Shown here piece by piece: positions 60,939 to 64,000 of a stretch of DNA of 64,000 bases. Position 1 is the stretch's first letter. Each line of letters starts with the position of its first letter. Below the pieces are notes generated by a model. It did no database searches. It was not told the origin of the DNA and saw nothing but the letters and a program-made list of their open reading frames with translations. A program made the position numbers and the translations under genes. The stretch comes from Hemiscyllium ocellatum (lineage: Eukaryota): NCBI RefSeq assembly GCF_020745735.1, contig NC_083409.1:19302341-19366340 (forward strand). Reading direction: 5' to 3'.

Positions 60939-63170
60939 TTTTTTTAGTAAATATTTATTGAAAAAATATTATATTATAATACAGTAATGTGAATAAACCG
61001 CCGGCTATTGTTCAAGATACAGTTGTCTCATATTTGCTTAACTTAAAACAAATCAGCACAAATTCAAATTAAATAAAATAACACTAAATTTAAGTATAAT
61101 CCACTAAAATTAAATTGCACTACTTGTACTATATTACATGACTCCACTCGCCGCACCCTCCATCAAAGCTCCTGTCCACAGGAGCAACAGTGATTACACT
61201 CGTATTTATGAGACCACACCCCCCACACCCACCCACCAAATCCCCGTGATCCCCGGACCACCACATACAGCCCTCATGCCTCTATAAAGGCCCTAATCAG
61301 TACTGCCAACAGATCCATGTTGATGTAAATTAGAAAGGGCCGCCATGTCTTATAAAATTGCTGTATTCCGTGGTGTCCCATACTATCAGGTAATCTTGAG
61401 GGACGTGCTCCACCACAAGTCTATGCCACCCTGCAAGACCTGGAGGCTTTGCTGATATTCAATTCATTAGGATGTCCTTCCTCACACAATGTGTAAGAAT
61501 GTTGAATAACCTCTTCCAATGCTCACCCAAAGAGGGAAGTTTCGGTCGTTCCCAAAAGGAGAGACACCAGATCCTCCCAAACTTCCATTCCCAGGATTGT
61601 CTCCAGCTCATTCACTATGCCCCCTCCCCCCGGATCCACAGATCTTGTAACAGGACCAAAAGCAATGTGTAAGGATGTCAATGCTGTTTTTACATTTGGG
61701 ACATTTCGGGGAAGACCCTTTCTTAAACTTTGCTAACCTCTCTGGCTCCATTTGGGTCCTGGGGAGGATCTTCAATTGCATTGCTTGTGCCTTATTGTAG
61801 ATTGAAATTTTCTTTACATTCCCTCATTAATCCTCCTACATTTCCAATGAGATTTCTTCCCTTACCTCCTGATTCCAAATCTCCCTGACTCTCTCGATGT
61901 CCCCCAAGGCATTCTCTCTCTGCAGATGATATGAGGTACTAACTGAAAGAGTGCCCCCTCATCGGAGCACTCTTCATTCTATATCCGACTTGTTGGGCTG
62001 GGTCAAGAACGTAGTCTTCTTCTGTATGTAATCCCTAACCTGGAAATATCAGAAAAGATCCCAATTAGGGATTTCGTATTTCTGACCTAATTGGCGAAAA
62101 GACATCAAGACCCCTCCCTCAAATAAATCTCCCAGACAGGGTATTCGATTACGCTCCTATGCTCTGAAGCTGGAGTCCTTTGATCCCAGTCTAAATCCTG
62201 GGGCTCCCACTAACGGGGTGAACTACAAATAGCCTCCACCCTGCCGCATTATCCTCCATGCTTTACTGTATTTATGATAATCAGACTTTCACAATGCGCA
62301 CCTACCGATCTCATCTTACCCATGAACAGTAAGTTTCTAAAGGGACATCTCACCTGCGAGGCCTCTGCATCAAGCCACATCGACTTTGAGTCATTACGTA
62401 CCCATTCACCTACATATAGCAACAGGGTGCTGCTTTGATACTTTTCAGATCTGGGAGGTCCACCGCCCACCCTCCATATCCTGCGGAAGTTTCAATTTGG
62501 TAAATTTAATTAAATTGCGCCGACAGCACCAAATAAATGACCCAAGCCGTCCCACAAACCTCCGCAGCACCTGGTTGGGTAATAACAAAGGGAGCACCCT
62601 CACAGGATAGAACCCCCAAGGAACAACATTCACTTTAATCAAGGCTATACGGCTGAGCCATGATCTGGGTATTCCCTCCCATCACTGCAAGTCCTGCTTT
62701 ACGCTCTCAAACAGCGACACACGGTTAGCTCCATACAGTTGCGGGAAGTGAGGGGTAATAAAAATTCCCAGATAGGGAAAACCTTTCTGTGACCATCTAA
62801 AAGGAAACTCCATTCCGTCCTCCAGCTTCAGTACCTGCACCAATCTCCCACAGGCAGGACTTCCGATTTTGGAAAATTTATTCTGTATCCTGAAAAGTTG
62901 ACGAATAGTTTATTTTTTTTTATTAGCCAGTGTATGGACTTTTCAGAGTTAGCTAAAAACAGGAGGACGTTGTCCGTATAGAGAGTGATTTTGTATTCCC
63001 CAACTCCCACCTTCGGTGCCGTTATTTCAGGGTCTTTTCAGACAGTCCCTGCCAGTGGTTCAAGTACCAAGGTAAACAGTAGGGGCAACAGGGAACATCC
63101 CTGTCAGCTGCCCCTCCCCACACCAAAATTACTCAATTTCATATTATTCGCGATAATGCCATCCAGATTC
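60939..63170 (-). mobile_element. Degraded L1-clade LINE, RT to 3' end
   Basis: GS*QGCSLLPLLF and KITLYTDNVLLFL..FSGYRINFPKSE. Poly(A) signal and A-tail at ~60939-60961 on - strand. Confidence 0.82.
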
Positions 63171-63259
63171 ATCTCTCCCATCAACCAATCAGGTCATACT
63201 CTCTACCTTTCTCAACCTATCCCCACCTGACCACACAGCTCCCCCAATACCCACCCTGA

Positions 63260-63292
63260 GTCCTGAAGAAGGGTTACACCTGAAATGTTGAC
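63260..63292 (+). ncRNA. Minimal hammerhead ribozyme, near-intact (PLE end ~63170-63300)
   Basis: GUC-CUGAAGA-A-GGGU-UAC-ACCU-GAAA-U-GUU-GAC. Stem III shows a C-to-U (CpG decay) change. Confidence 0.68.
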
Positions 63293-64000
63293 CCCTGAAG
63301 AGGTTAGACAGAGAAGGTTGGATTGCAACAAGAGTCACAGGTACTTCATATCTCATCTCATTGAATCAAACCATTGAGCCCATCAATCCTGAAAACAGAT
63401 TCCAACATTGAAGTCCCATTTTCTGGTTGCACATGTAAAGTCTCTCTCAGGCTGAAGAAAGGAAGCTCTCGACTGAGAAATTAGTGAGCTTAACCTAGAT
63501 CCTGAACAATAGCACAACAGAATGGAGTGATATAAACCAGAAACAGTCTAAATACAGGGCAGCCTTAATACTGCAGCTAGCACAGAGGGGAATGCTGGGA
63601 AGTTTGGTCAGTGTGGAAGTTCGGAGAACTCGGAGACGGAGCCTACCTTTGCTTTTCCAAACGGATTTGGAACTGTCACTTCAGCTGCTGGGAGGCTGCA
63701 CATGCACTTGGTTTGAATGAAATAAAATGATAAACAAGAGAATAGGAGTCTGGTAAGCAGATCAGCTGGGAATTGTTAAGTATGAGGGACTGTCTAAATA
63801 GATTGCTTCAGGACATGTCCATTAGGGAAGGTTTATAAATTGAAAGTACTGAAACTCCAAAACAGAGATTGAAGACAATTACTGGTCCAATGAAGGAATG
63901 GATATTTTTCATTTGTAAGTGAGTTCAATATATTTATTTAATTGAAATGATTCAGCATAAATACATGTGTAGTGAATGTATATAACTTCCGGAACTCCCA

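Overview
Repeat-rich genomic DNA from a cartilaginous fish (shark, probably orectolobiform; inferred from the Ig and SINE sequences). It holds two kappa-class (NS4/type III-like) Ig light-chain clusters arranged head-to-head. The + strand cluster looks functional and unrearranged: leader 31489-31537, V 31724-32023, 12-RSS, 23-RSS, J 32629-32663, C 38429-38757. The - strand cluster is a pseudo-V (2513->2024) that has lost its leader splice donor and is fused directly to J-C intron sequence; its C exon would lie left of the window. Mirror-image homology between the clusters spans about 1.1-11.3 kb versus 25.5-33.6 kb, with patchy identity. One high-identity unique island upstream of both V genes carries a perfect PU.1/IRF composite element (EICE) plus E-boxes and a RUNX site, a candidate B-cell enhancer. 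Downstream (48.3-60.1 kb, +) is a 5'-truncated, internally deleted cep350-like gene remnant of 6 exons with a frameshift in the last exon. The rest is mostly CR1 LINE fragments, V-SINEs, and L2, Tx1, L1 and Gypsy fragments. About ten Penelope-derived elements carry minimal hammerhead ribozyme motifs, some apparently intact, including one in a ~240-bp-arm foldback. An interstitial telomeric repeat and a 44-bp minisatellite are also present. Identity values were estimated by eye and protein matches come from recalled sequences; no searches were run.
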